A stretch of 64,000 nt of DNA, from contig CAVNZM010000001.1 in assembly GCA_963693365.1 (NCBI GenBank), forward strand, positions 18,152,783-18,216,782. The letters are read 5' to 3'. The notes under the pieces were generated by a model. The model searched no databases. It was not told the origin of the DNA and worked only from the letters and a program-made list of their open reading frames with translations. A program made the translations under genes and the position numbers. Below are positions 41,417 through 64,000 of the stretch, piece by piece (the stretch's first letter is position 1; each line of letters opens with the position of its first letter). This stretch comes from Amoebidium appalachense. Its lineage: Eukaryota; Protista; Ichthyosporea.

Positions 41417-42009
41417 AAAGGCTAACACAGAAAACGACAAAACCATAACGCAATTCAGAAAGACCTATCTCGACTCGTTATTGCGCAGCGCATAGTTTGA
41501 CAAGAGCCCAAGGTTGCGCTTTGACAAATGTAGGCAATATGGGGATGGGGGGTAGGGCGGCGGGGGGGGGGGGGTGGGGTGGTGGTGGTGGTGGGGGGGG
41601 GGGGGGGGGGGGGGGGGTAAAGGCTAACACAGAAAACGACAAAACCATAACGCAATTCAGAAAGACCTATCTCGACTCGTTATTGCGCAGCGCATAGTTT
41701 GACAAGAGCCCAAGGTTGCGCTTTGACAAATGTAGGCAATATGGGGATGGGGGGTAGGGCGGCGGGGGGGGGGGGGTGGTGGTGGTGGTGGTGGTGGGGG
41801 GGGGGGGGGGGGGGGGTAAAGGCTAACACAGAAAACGACAAAACCATAACGCAATTCAGAAAGACCTATCTCGACTCGTTATTGCGCAGCGCATAGTTTG
41901 ACAAGAGCCCAAGGTTGCGCTTTGACAAATGTAGGCAATATGGGGATGGGGGGTAGGGGCGGCGGGGGGGTGGGGTGGTGGTGGTGGTGGTGGTGGTGGT
42001 GGTGGTGGT

Positions 42010-42048
<39 letters not shown>
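41011..42048. repeat. Tandem array of 5 copies of a ~146-bp unique core separated by G-run/(GGT)n linkers (period 199-203 bp)
   Basis: Cores starting TAAAGGCTAACACAG begin at 41011, 41214, 41416, 41618 and 41817. They are near-identical; one G/A variant splits copies 1-2 from 3-5. Confidence 0.95.
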
Positions 42049-42456
42049 GCTGGGCAACGGGAAAAGAAGAGACAAACCTGAAGAAAGGGGACACCTGAAT
42101 GCAAACATTACCTTGGAATTTTTTGGTTAGCAAGTGTTTAGAAAGCCAATTAGATAAACTACTAGACGGTTTTCCACACTAGACACGGCCCTTTATATTT
42201 TTAATCGTATCATCGGCACCGACCTATCAATGCATCATAACTCCCTGAAGCTAAAGTGTCAATGTTATTTAGAGCAACAAGCTTGGGAGGGACGTTCGGA
42301 GCCATAGAAATGGAGGTAGCAGACAAAAGGGAAGGGGGTGGAAAGGACGAAAGTGTGTATGTGTCGTGTGTGTGTGTCGTGTGTGTGTGTGTGTGCACGC
42401 GTGTGTGTGTGTGTGTTTGGGGGGAGGGGAGAGGGTGCGTGTTGTGTTTGTTTTTT

Positions 42457-42487
<31 letters not shown>

Positions 42488-42763
42488 AGGGGGTCAATTT
42501 TGGCATGCATGTTTTGGGCCCACGTAATGTGCTGTACATGTTTATTATTGTTGTCGACAAACTAAAAGTGATGCTGCAGCAGTAATCGTGTGCAAGACTC
42601 GGCCAACATGCATGACGTCGATTAGTACTCCCAAACAACAAGGTACAAAGAGAACTTGATTGTGCGATACAGGTTACATATTGTTAGTGTGTGTGATGAT
42701 ATGTGGAGAGCTATTGTACACATTGCAGTATCTAGATCTCGTTGACGTGTCTGTGTGTGTGTG

Positions 42764-42825
<62 letters not shown>

Positions 42826-43405
42826 GGGTGTGTGTGTGCGTGTGTGTGTGCGTGCGCGTTTGCGTGGGTGCTTGCGTGCGTGTGTGTGTGCATGCATGCA
42901 TGCGTGCACATGCGCGCGTGCGTGCGTGCGTCTTTGTACAAAAACGGTCAGCCTGTCCTCAGGGCATCAAACACATATTTATAATAAGTGCTCGGCACGT
43001 AATTGCACCAAAACAGGAGAGGAAAGTTCCGACATTCTCAACCGGTCTTAACTCGTAAAACTAGATATAAGTTTTAAAGGAGACTGAACCTTGCAAACCA
43101 GCTCTGAGAACTAAATTATTGTATATACCCCCCCCCCCCCCCCACCCCCCCCCACCCCCCCTCTTTCCTGCCCCCCCCTTCCCCTCCCCCCCCTCCCCCC
43201 CCCCCCTCCCCCCCCCCCCCCCCCCCTCTCCCCCGCCCACCCTCCCCACCCGCCCCGCCCGCCCCAACCACCAAAACCACCGCCACCAACAACAACCCAT
43301 TACCGTTGAAACCTGTGTACGCATGTGCTGTAACTAAGGTAGCTAGAAAAAAAAACAAATCATACAGGAACATGCTAGATACAGAAAATAATATCATCAG
43401 CATCC

Positions 43406-43656
43406 CTAGGCCTTGCCATGTGCCTTTGGAGGCAAAAAGACTTGGATTGCAGCGGCCTGTACTTCCACTGTGAAGGGCATCGAGTCAGCAGAGCCATGCA
43501 TTGCACTAAAGTACCAATAAGACACACAACTGTTTGTGTGTGCATGAAGTGGTCAGTTTTGTCCCTGGGCAGAGTGTGCATATGTGTGTCTCCCTCTGTG
43601 TGTGTATGCATGTGCGTGGGGGTCGGGGGGTGGGGGGGGGGGGGGGGGGGGGGGGC

Positions 43657-43751
<95 letters not shown>

Positions 43752-43960
43752 TGCGCGTGCGCGCCTATGCCTGTGTGTATGTGTGTGGGAAAGGGGGGAA
43801 GGAAGAGGGGAGGGGGGGGGGGGGGAAGGGACACAGAGAGGAAAGAGACGGGGGAGGGGGGGGGGGGAGGGGGGGGGGGGGGGGGAGAAGAGGGAAAGAG
43901 GGAAAGAGGGAGGGGTGGGGGGAAGGGAGAGAGAATGGGGCGCAGGAGGGGGGGAGCGAT

Positions 43961-43991
<31 letters not shown>

Positions 43992-44087
43992 GTTGATGTT
44001 GTTCTGTTACCATTTTTTCTGTTTTGGTGGTTGGGTGGTGTGTTGGCTTGTTGGTTGGCGTTTTTTCCCTATTTTCTCTTTTCCTTT

Positions 44088-44127
<40 letters not shown>

Positions 44128-44133
44128 TTTGCG

Positions 44134-44206
<73 letters not shown>

Positions 44207-44725
44207 TGTGTGTGTGTCGGACGGAGAAACGGAGAGAAAGAGCGCAGAAGAGGCAGGGCACGTACCGGTAAAGGGGTCCTTGTTGTGTTGCAGCTCCCCG
44301 TCCACGTTGATCACTCGGTGGTCTCTAAGGCTTTCCAGTGTCAACTTCTTGAAGCGAAATCTCTGAGCACCGACAGGCACCATGAGAAAAGAAACACATG
44401 CTAGACGTTCCAGGGAGAGGCACTCAGAGAACAAAGCAGAGAACCTTGTGAGGGTTCCGCCAAGAGGCGGGGGAGGGGGGGGGGAGGGGGGAGGGGGGAG
44501 GGGAATACAGATGCGACACTCTAAAACTGATACAACTGAAGGGGAAAAGTCGAATTGGTTCAAACCATGCTCTGAGTTAGCCAATCCGAACGTACCAGGA
44601 GAATGACAATCGTGAATCTCGTTGAGAGGAAGGGGGAGAGGGGGAGGGGGGGGGGAGAGGAGGATAAAAATGCTCCACAGAGCTACAAAGTAACATTCAC
44701 CCTGGGGAGGGTGGGGTGGATGGGT

Positions 44726-44771
<46 letters not shown>

Positions 44772-44880
44772 ATGTTTTACGGTTCGGCAAACGTGGAAGC
44801 GAAGATAAACAAACTACATCAAAACAGAAGCAGAAACCGAAGATATTGGGAAGCAAGAAGCCGCTGCAACAAAACCATCA

Positions 44881-44915
<35 letters not shown>

Positions 44916-45345
44916 TTCCTCGTGCTCATAGCATATTGAATGTATATGTGAGGAACTCTCAAACCGGTATAAAGGAAAGAGAATTGGAAAGGAGGCGGCG
45001 TGGGCTTCTGCATGCCCATATCGCTGTGTAGTTGTGTGTATGTGTGCATCCCCGGGGAGAGGGGGGTGGGGTGGGTGGGGTGGGGTGTGATGGGGGAGAA
45101 GGGGGAGGGGAGGAAGGGGGGAGGGGAGGTGGAAGGGGAGGGTTTAGCTACATCTATGCTGTGGTGGTAGAGCCAGCCGCCATTCTCCAGTTGCTGCATG
45201 CACCCAGCCATGGCCATGCGGCCCATGGAGTGTAGGGCCACCCCGTCAAGATAGCCATCGTCACACCGTGCCTGTGGTGCTGCCGGTGCTTGCTGCAAGC
45301 CCACAATAAATATTTCAGATTGTTGATTATAAGAATATGGGATGC

Positions 45346-45383
<38 letters not shown>

Positions 45384-45637
45384 ACACACACACACCTCCT
45401 TCCCCTCCCCCTTCCCCCCGCGTCCCCGCCCAAAACACACACACCTCGTGTGATTGCTAGCATTACCGCTGTTTTTTTTGCATGTAAATACGGTGGTTGG
45501 TATTGTAAGGGAATAACGGTAAGGGGAGAGGGGTTGCAGCATCGATGAAAAACACAGCCAGAACCCCTCCTCCCCCCAAAAAACTCACACAGACACTCAC
45601 GGGAAGAGCATAACGTCCATTTCCTCACGTGTGTGTC

Positions 45638-45672
<35 letters not shown>

Positions 45673-46257
45673 TTCCCCCTCCCTGTCCACCGAGAACACA
45701 AACCCACATATGCGTGCACAAAGAACTCCCACCCACACAACCATACAGCCACACACTCACCACGCACACACACACACAACACACACTCACAAACAACCAC
45801 ATCCACCCACCCACCCACCCAACCACATCCAACCAACAACTGGCCACCCCCATCCCGCCACCACACACACACACCTCGCCTGTATGCTGGTTGTTCTGTA
45901 TCTGTAGCATGTTCAGATGTGCATATTCCTTCCTCACACCATCCACCGTCAACACCACCGGGTCACCGTAGTATCCCCCCAACACCTGGTGTCCTACAGC
46001 CAATTTGTAGCGTAGAGCACCCAGCCAGCGCAACTGTGTGTGTGTGTGGGGGGGGGGGGGGGGGGGGGGGGGGTAGGGTGTGTGTGTGTGTTGGGGGGGG
46101 GAGGGGAGGGGGTAGGATGTGTGTGTGTGGGGGGGGGGGGGGGGGGGAGGGGATGGTTAAGGGTGTGTGGGGGGGGGGGGGGGGGGGGGGGGGGGGGTAG
46201 GGTGTGTGTGTGTGTATGTGTGTGTGTGATTTGGGTGTGTGTTTTGGGTGTGTGAGT

Positions 46258-46307
<50 letters not shown>

Positions 46308-47337
46308 GTGTGTGCGTGCGTGGAAGTGTGTGCACGCACGCGCGCGCATGTGTGTTGTGTGTGTGTATGTGCGGGGGTGTGTGTGTGCATGCAGGCGTGG
46401 GTGTGCATGCGTGTGTGCATGCGTGTGGATGGATTTCTCTCACACTCTCCATGTGTGTCTTGTGTGTGTGCATGTATGCGCATTTGAGCTCACATGAGTA
46501 AACTGTTGTCATTTCTTGTTCCTTTTTCCTTCTTTTCTTCTGTTCCAGTGGGGGAGGGAAAGAGGAGGGTGTGGTAAGATAATGGACGAAACCAGTTTGC
46601 TACATCCACTGCATGGTGCATGGCATTAAACAACCAATCACAGTGTGGCTGTGTCACGTGCACACCTCACGGTATAGTCACAATCCCCAATCGGTCCTGA
46701 CAGCCCACAATAAGCCAGGGGGGCGGGGGGCCGCCGGGGGGGGGGGGGGGGGGGGGGGGGCTCAGAAGTAATCAAAATTTCTGACTTACTTGTAGTTAGG
46801 AATCAGGAACATGGGTAAAATACTTGAGCATACCAACAGCCTCCCTCCCCCCTTCTCTCTCCCCCCCCTCCCCAGCACCACCGCCATCATAGCCCACACA
46901 CACACACGTGCACACATACCTTCCTCCCCCCCTATTAGAACACACACAAACGCACATACCCCAAACACACGATCACACACCTGACACTACCGTTTTCAAA
47001 GCCATGCATAAATCTCTCGTTCGCCTGCCCACCTGGAAACATCAATCCCACCCCCCCCCCCCCCCCCCCCCCCCCCTTCCCCCCCTCTCTCTCCCCCCCT
47101 CCCCCCTCCCCCCGCCCCACTCACCCCTACCCCCTCTATCCCTACCCACACACACACCTAACCAACGCAATCACCTGACCACCACAAAAACCCATCAACA
47201 CACTTACGCACCTGGACATCCACCCACCAACTGACAGACACACACACACACTAACATACACACACTCATACCCATCCACCCACACACGACCCATACACAC
47301 ATGCAACCACACTGCACACATACCTACACATGAACCA

Positions 47338-47411
<74 letters not shown>

Positions 47412-48079
47412 AAACAACCACATTTGCACATTTGCACACACACCTACACACATACCCACCTGCACACCCTCCCACCCACCCACCCACCCACACCTACACA
47501 CACACACACATACCTGTTCAGCCATAACCATCATCTCTGCCGGCCAATTTACAATATTGAAGAAGTAGCTCCTCTCATCCCCAATCGTACACAGCCCCAG
47601 GTCCATGCGGCATGCATCCCCTGCAACTATCGCTGCAACTGCCGCCGCTGTGTTCTCAACGCACAAATCCGCTGCAAAAGAATTGCCCGTTCCTGGAAAA
47701 AAAATGAGGGGAAATAAAAAAAAAAGAAAAAGTGAAAGGAAAGAAAAAAAAGAAAGAAAAGAAAGGGTGGGTTGGTAAGGTATGCTTCGTATCAATGCGA
47801 GCCCTCCTTCCCTCCTGCCCTGGTTCCCCCTCCCCCCCCCCCCCCCCCCCCCTACACCCATCCCCGGAAAAAAATATGCGCGAGAATTACGAGAATACTC
47901 TCATGACTATGAGAGAATACACGAGAATACTCTGGTAGCACAGCACCCACCTGCAGGAATAACACCCAGCGGTATTTTCTTGCCGTCCTCTCTGCATGCA
48001 CACAGTACGCAAATAAGTGACGGTTATCCTCCCCTCCATATATGGCAAGCATCCATGAAGAGGCAGTTCGAACATAGCG

Positions 48080-48157
<78 letters not shown>

Positions 48158-48734
48158 CGTACGCGCGCGCACGCGCGTGCATGCGTGTGTACGTGCGTGC
48201 GTGCACGCCCGCGTGTGTGTATTTATGTGCATGTATTAACATGCGTCTCAATCTACATACACAGGTGAAACCTCTTTTATTCTGGCATCGTAGATCCCAA
48301 TACACCGAGAAGTGTCTAAGCTGATCTAGAATCTCCATCAGGCTATAAAAAAAACAGTGAAAAATGCAATTGCTTGCATGCATGTGAGCAAGCAAGCATG
48401 TGTGTTCGTGTGGGGACATTAGCACACTAGCTTCTAAAAGTGCCTGCAGCCGTGGAAAATGGGTGGATTACGCTGGTAAGTTGAGGGTGTGTTTTTGTGG
48501 ATATGTGCTTGCGTGTGTGGTATTATAAGCAAACGGGGGTGAAGGGGGGGAAGGGGAGGGGGGGAAAGCAGTATGCTACCTGTTCATCATTCCGTTGATA
48601 GCTTCATGGAGGGTCCTGTGAAGAAAACGTTTGGTAAATGGAAAACTCGTAGAGAACTGGAGAGAAATCCATCTAGGGCACCAGTCAGGCTTTAGACCCC
48701 CAGTAACCTTCCCCCCCCCCCCCCCCCCCGCCTT

Positions 48735-48796
<62 letters not shown>

Positions 48797-49087
48797 CCCT
48801 CTCCCCCGGGTGCCCCCCTTAACCCCTCCCAAACACAACTCTTCCACCACCACAATACACACTACCATTCATCCACCCACGCTGCCTATCATACCAGTTT
48901 CATCAAAATTGGCCCTTACTCACACATCATGGTGCCCACCACCTCTGCCTTCTCTAACCTTCCCCCCCCCCCCCCCCCCCCCCCCCTCCCCCATCGGCGC
49001 AGCAAACCATTGCAAGCCAAGCAATATTTGGGAAGGTTGAGCAAAGCTGACCCAGATTTAAAGGATCCACCCCCCCAAAAAGTCACA

Positions 49088-49163
<76 letters not shown>

Positions 49164-49850
49164 TGCACACCATCCCCTTCGTGTCTTCCTATTCATAAGC
49201 ACATACAGCACACACTTCTGCCTCTTCTTCCCAGTTGCTCAGTTGCCCTCACATTTATAAAACCATCACAACCCCCACACCCCCCTCCTGGCCCCTCCAC
49301 CCCCCTCCCCCCTCCCCCCCCCCCCCAAAAAAAAACAAAAACAAAACTCTCTTTCCCCTCTTTCCGCTTATCATCTTTCCTTTCAAAACGCAGACCTACC
49401 CATCTCCACCAATAACCACGAATGCATCGTATTGGTCGAGGTCAATGGTTCGTGCTATCTCCGTGTTGAGTCTCTCTGGTGTCGTAATTTCTACCGTCAT
49501 ATCTACACCCGCTTTTGTGAACAGTGACTGTGCTTCCTTCAAAACCTTCTTCCCTGGGGAAAGGAAAATACAATTAGCCGCCATGTCATAGACACCCTTA
49601 GGATAAACCCATCCCCCCCATCCCCCCCCACCTTCTCTCCCTCCCCACCTTCCCCCCCCCCCCAAAAAAAAAAAGCACCACCACATACCCAAACACAACC
49701 CCCCCCCTCCCTCCCCCCCCCCCCTTCCCCCCCCCCCCCCCCCCCCCCCCCCCAACCCGGGGCCCCTCCGGGCCGGGGGGCCGTGGCAATCACCTAAATT
49801 TAGCCCACATCATACAGTTACATCTACCATGGTATTTTCTTCATAAAAAA

Positions 49851-49896
<46 letters not shown>

Positions 49897-50097
49897 GAGA
49901 GGGGGGATAGGGGCAAATAGTGATAATTTGTGCACAACGGCCCATACCATTCAAACTAACATTTACATCCTGGCACTCTGCTCCCAACCCACTTACTAAA
50001 TTATAAAAGGCGTCCTTTAACGGGACATAAAGAATGCTTTTAGATAATTTTGGGCCAACTAACGGACCCCCCCCCCCCCCCCCCCCCCCCTTCTTTT

Positions 50098-50152
<55 letters not shown>

Positions 50153-52214
50153 GGGAGGGGAAATGACGAAACTAAAAACACAGCACTATTTCTTTTTTCT
50201 CCCACCTCCTGCCCCTGAGCAACTGAACCCGAAAACCAAGTCCCCTCGTCTCACACCAAGGGCATTTTCCAACAAAAATGCTATACTCAAATGGCAGTGT
50301 CTGCACAGGTGCGTAGCCGCGCCCCCCTCCCCCCCCTCCAACCCCCCCCCCCCCCCTCCCTCCCCACCACAAAAAAAATCGCAACACCGATACCGTTAAG
50401 ACGAATATATAATGGGACCATGCACTATTCTGAAGTCGAAAAATCAACACCCAAGGCACACAACTCAAGATGACACAACAGGTAATACAGTGCACTGCTC
50501 CACGAAAGTGCACATAAACAAATAAAAAGTCCACACACGTACTCCAACACACTTTTTCACGCCGGCGCCAGAACCACTTCTAAAAACACGCACCTCTACC
50601 GTTGCCGCCGAATGGGTTGCAGGAGATGAACACTTTCTTAACCTCATGGTGTACGGGCTGCGACACAAAACTGCAGACTGTAACCAACAAAGTTTCAGTT
50701 ATAGGCCTCCCACCAATGTTTCATAATATCCCCCCCCCCTCCCCCCCCCCCTCCCCCTCCCCCCTCCCCCCACAAGAATAGAAAATTCCTAATATAGGAC
50801 TCGTACTGATTATACAATAGGGTGGGAAGGGGCCAGGGAAAGGAGGGCGGGGGGGGGGGGGGGGGGGGAGAGAGTCTGCAGAACCCTTGGGAGGTGAGTG
50901 GCTTGAGGGACCAGAGGAGGGTGGTTTGCAAGCATAGGGGAAACGGGCAGGCTGGGGGCAGAGAGTGTTTTCATGTTTCTGCGCTTGGATGTTTCCTGTG
51001 AATTATCAGGCCGGTAAAGAGGACAGTTATGTCAAGATCTAAACACAAAACTATAGACCTTTGGGCTGGCTTCACGTATTGTCAAATTAAAAAAAAACTT
51101 ACTCGGTGTCAACCCTTCACATTGAAGTACTACCGAAATGGGCGACACACAAATTGCTGCGTATTATTTAACTTCTTTCACTGTTTGGCTTACTTTTTTC
51201 AGGCGGTCGACGGCCAAATAAGCCAGATTTTGGCGTGAAATAACCAGGTGGCAGGTCATCCCAGTTGGTGGGGGGCTGTGCAGGTGCGAGGAAGAACGGA
51301 ACGGAGAGGTAGGAGTAGCGAATGAAAGAGTGTATGTAGGAGTAAGGGAGGAAAGAATGTTACAGGTTGCAAAAAGGATGGTTTTGTGTGTAATTGGGTG
51401 CGGCTGTGGTTGTGGTGGTGGGTGTGTGAGTGGATGGGTGGATGTGTGTGGGGGGGGGGGGGGGGGGGGGGAGGGGAGGGGGGCAGGGGGGGTTGGGCGG
51501 GGGGAAGGGGGGAGGGGGGAGGGGGGGGGGGGGGTCAGAGACAGCGGGGCTGTGTGTGTGTGTGTGTTGGGGGGGGATGGGGGGGGGGATGGTATGCATT
51601 AGAGAGAGAACACCGTGGAAGCAAAAACTTCGAAAACCACCAAGATTCAAACAAAAAAAGCTTGAAACCAAAACGAGCATGCAGAAAGCTCTCAGACAGA
51701 GCCCATCACGAGGGGGATTCTCGACTCGCCAAATCATCGAACGAGTTTCGACGAACCAGCAACCTCGAATGTGTGGTTCTCATGGGCAAGGGGTATGAGG
51801 TTGGGCTAGCAGAGCAGATTATGGGAGTAGGAGGTACCCGTAGTGTTGGGGGATGTGTGTGGCGCATTCTTTTTTCTATTTGTTGTTTTCGAGGCGGGGG
51901 GGAGGGGGGGGGGGGCAAGGCAGGTCAAGGCCAGTTGTCTAATAACCCTAGTCCTTGATGTCCGGTGGTGCCGTTTATCCCAATTCCAACCAGTAATATA
52001 CTCGAGTGATAATATGATGACCGACCTATCAAATGTCCTCTTGCGCGACATCATCATGAACCAATCCAACTAGGATGCCCGCTTGGGCGACAAAATGACG
52101 AGTACCATGTTTTCTGTGTTTGCTAGGTATTCGTGCTGGCCCATTTCCCGTTACACCCACCAGCTCGTTACTGCCTGTCGCAGGCTCCGCCGTGGGTGAA
52201 GGTGCTTCGCTCAT
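43406..52214 (-). CDS. Diacylglycerol-kinase catalytic-domain lipid kinase (sphingosine kinase/YegS-like, ~353 aa), 10 exons: 52214-52106 (tentative), 50677-50594, 49553-49400, 48615-48580, 47991-47951, 47692-47514, 46033-45875, 45292-45152, 44362-44266, 43467-43406
   Basis: Spliced motifs VFISCNPFGGNGRG, VVIGGDGTLHEAINGM, PLGVIPAGTGNSFA, RWLGALRY, APQARCDDGYLD, INVDGE and PFTVEVQAAAIQVF. All junctions are GT-AG and in frame (1062 nt). Confidence 0.85.
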
Positions 52215-53089
52215 TCTTCCCTCCGTAGCACTGTAGCTAACATCGCCCGGCCCCTCATCCACCACACAAGAAACCTGACTTCTGTTTTCAGTTGGAATCT
52301 TATAAAACAGTGGAACGTCGTTGATGTATGGTGGATGACAACTTTTTTTACCGATTGGCTCGTTTGCCTAGATCATCATCCCCAGATCTAGATCTTAGTG
52401 GTGCCAGGAATCCGCGGATCCGGATGCTGAGTCGCGGCGATAAACCCAAATCATTTTTCGAGTATAATTGATATTTTTGGCTAACTACTCTGTGCTTTTT
52501 CTACTTATCATACGACCTACATTATGTATGTCTTTAACGCAAATACTCTTGACGTTTGCTTTCTAACTAGGAAACAAAGACTGAAAGACTCTCTGAAAGA
52601 CGGGGGGAAAACCAACGATCGATATCATCATCCGGATCTTGCGAAATTTAACGCAAAATGAAAAATGGCGCGAAATCTGTGATATTCCACTCTGCCAACT
52701 TGCAAGCGAAGTGGAGTGAAATTCTACAAGGAACCGGAAGGGGTGATGTACATTTGGTTTGGGAATGTAAGTTAATCTGATTCACTTTGATCTTTCCAAC
52801 CGCGAAGTTGTGCTTTACGTATAACCATTGAAAGCCCGTTCATTTTCTGGTGCCATGCATGCTAGACGAGAAACTTCTAAAACAGTAAAGGTGAATTCTT
52901 GTGTCCGTTGGGTGACTTGGACGGAAAAAGCCGAAGTTCTCCGCTACTGTGCAGTAAGGCAAGCATATAGACAAGCCATCTGGCTTATAATTGCTTGACA
53001 TGTGCTGGATCTCTCGTAAGACCGACCTTGAGCCACCGAGCCAATGATCACGTGGTTATTTCACTGCGCCGGTAGAGAGATTCTGGAAC
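52215..53089. promoter_or_regulatory. Repeat-free divergent promoter region between the kinase and AAA ATPase genes
   Basis: ~870-bp interval free of simple repeats between opposing ATGs. CCAAT on the minus strand at 52354-52358; CCAAT at 53041-53045 followed by TCACGTG at 53048-53054. Confidence 0.45.
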
Positions 53090-63611
<10,522 letters not shown>

Positions 63612-64000
63612 ACGGGTGCAGATGTTTTTGTTTGTCTACACAGTATGCATGTGTCTTTACTGTACCATGCTTCATATGCTGTGCGTGGCGGTTGGCCTGG
63701 TGTTCAAAGCACACATTGGGGCGTTGTTGGATGCAGTTGGCTGGTGGCTGTTGTGGTTAAACACTTGTCTTTGGGTGAACGAAGGATGAGGCATATGCGA
63801 GGTTTGGAGCAGAGGCCTGGAAAGAGAAAGTGTTTGTGTTTTGCATGTGTGTCTGTATGTGAATGTGTGTGTGTGTGTGTGTTTTGTGGTGGTGGAGGAG
63901 GTGGTGGGGGGGGGGGGGGGGGGGGGGGGGGGGGAGGGAGGGGAGGGAGAGGGGGGGGGGGGGGGGGGGTTGCTTCTCGCTCCCCATCTCTACTCCCACC

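Noticed and set aside
41011-42048. CRISPR-like repeat-spacer array
   Set aside because: Repeats are ~146 bp, the 'spacers' are just G/(GGT) runs, there are no cas genes, and the context is eukaryotic
51750-51810. Extra kinase exon (PNLIPLAHENHTFEVA)
   Set aside because: Phase incompatible with the proposed exon 1, and the model is already in frame without it; needs RNA data

Overview
Eukaryotic nuclear DNA with spliceosomal GT-AG introns. Almost every intron is filled with poly-C/poly-G tracts and (CA)n/(GT)n/(GA)n microsatellites, so most ORFs in the supplied track are low-complexity artefacts. Manual splicing gives eight loci in order: (1) an unknown, disordered 515-aa protein (+); (2) a lesion-ridden PAN/Apple plus Cna-B/SdrD-B-like adhesin pseudogene (+); (3) an intronless herpes-tegument-like (VTD/peptidase C76-type) deubiquitinase candidate (+); (4) an 11-exon FKBP6/Shutdown-like FKBP-TPR protein (+); (5) a 2-exon membrane GT2-type glycosyltransferase (+); (6) directly after it, an intronless secreted GH114 glycoside hydrolase with a 1-nt frameshift after its ATG (+); (7) a 10-exon DAG-kinase-domain (sphingosine kinase/YegS-like) lipid kinase (-); (8) head-to-head with it, a VPS4-like AAA ATPase (+) that runs off the window. 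Between loci 6 and 7 lie a ~450-bp foldback element built from phased palindromes and a 5-copy ~200-bp tandem array with G-tract linkers. The mix of animal-like genes (Shutdown) and wall-polysaccharide enzymes suggests a walled unicellular holozoan; this is inference only. All family calls come from motif recognition by eye; no searches were run.
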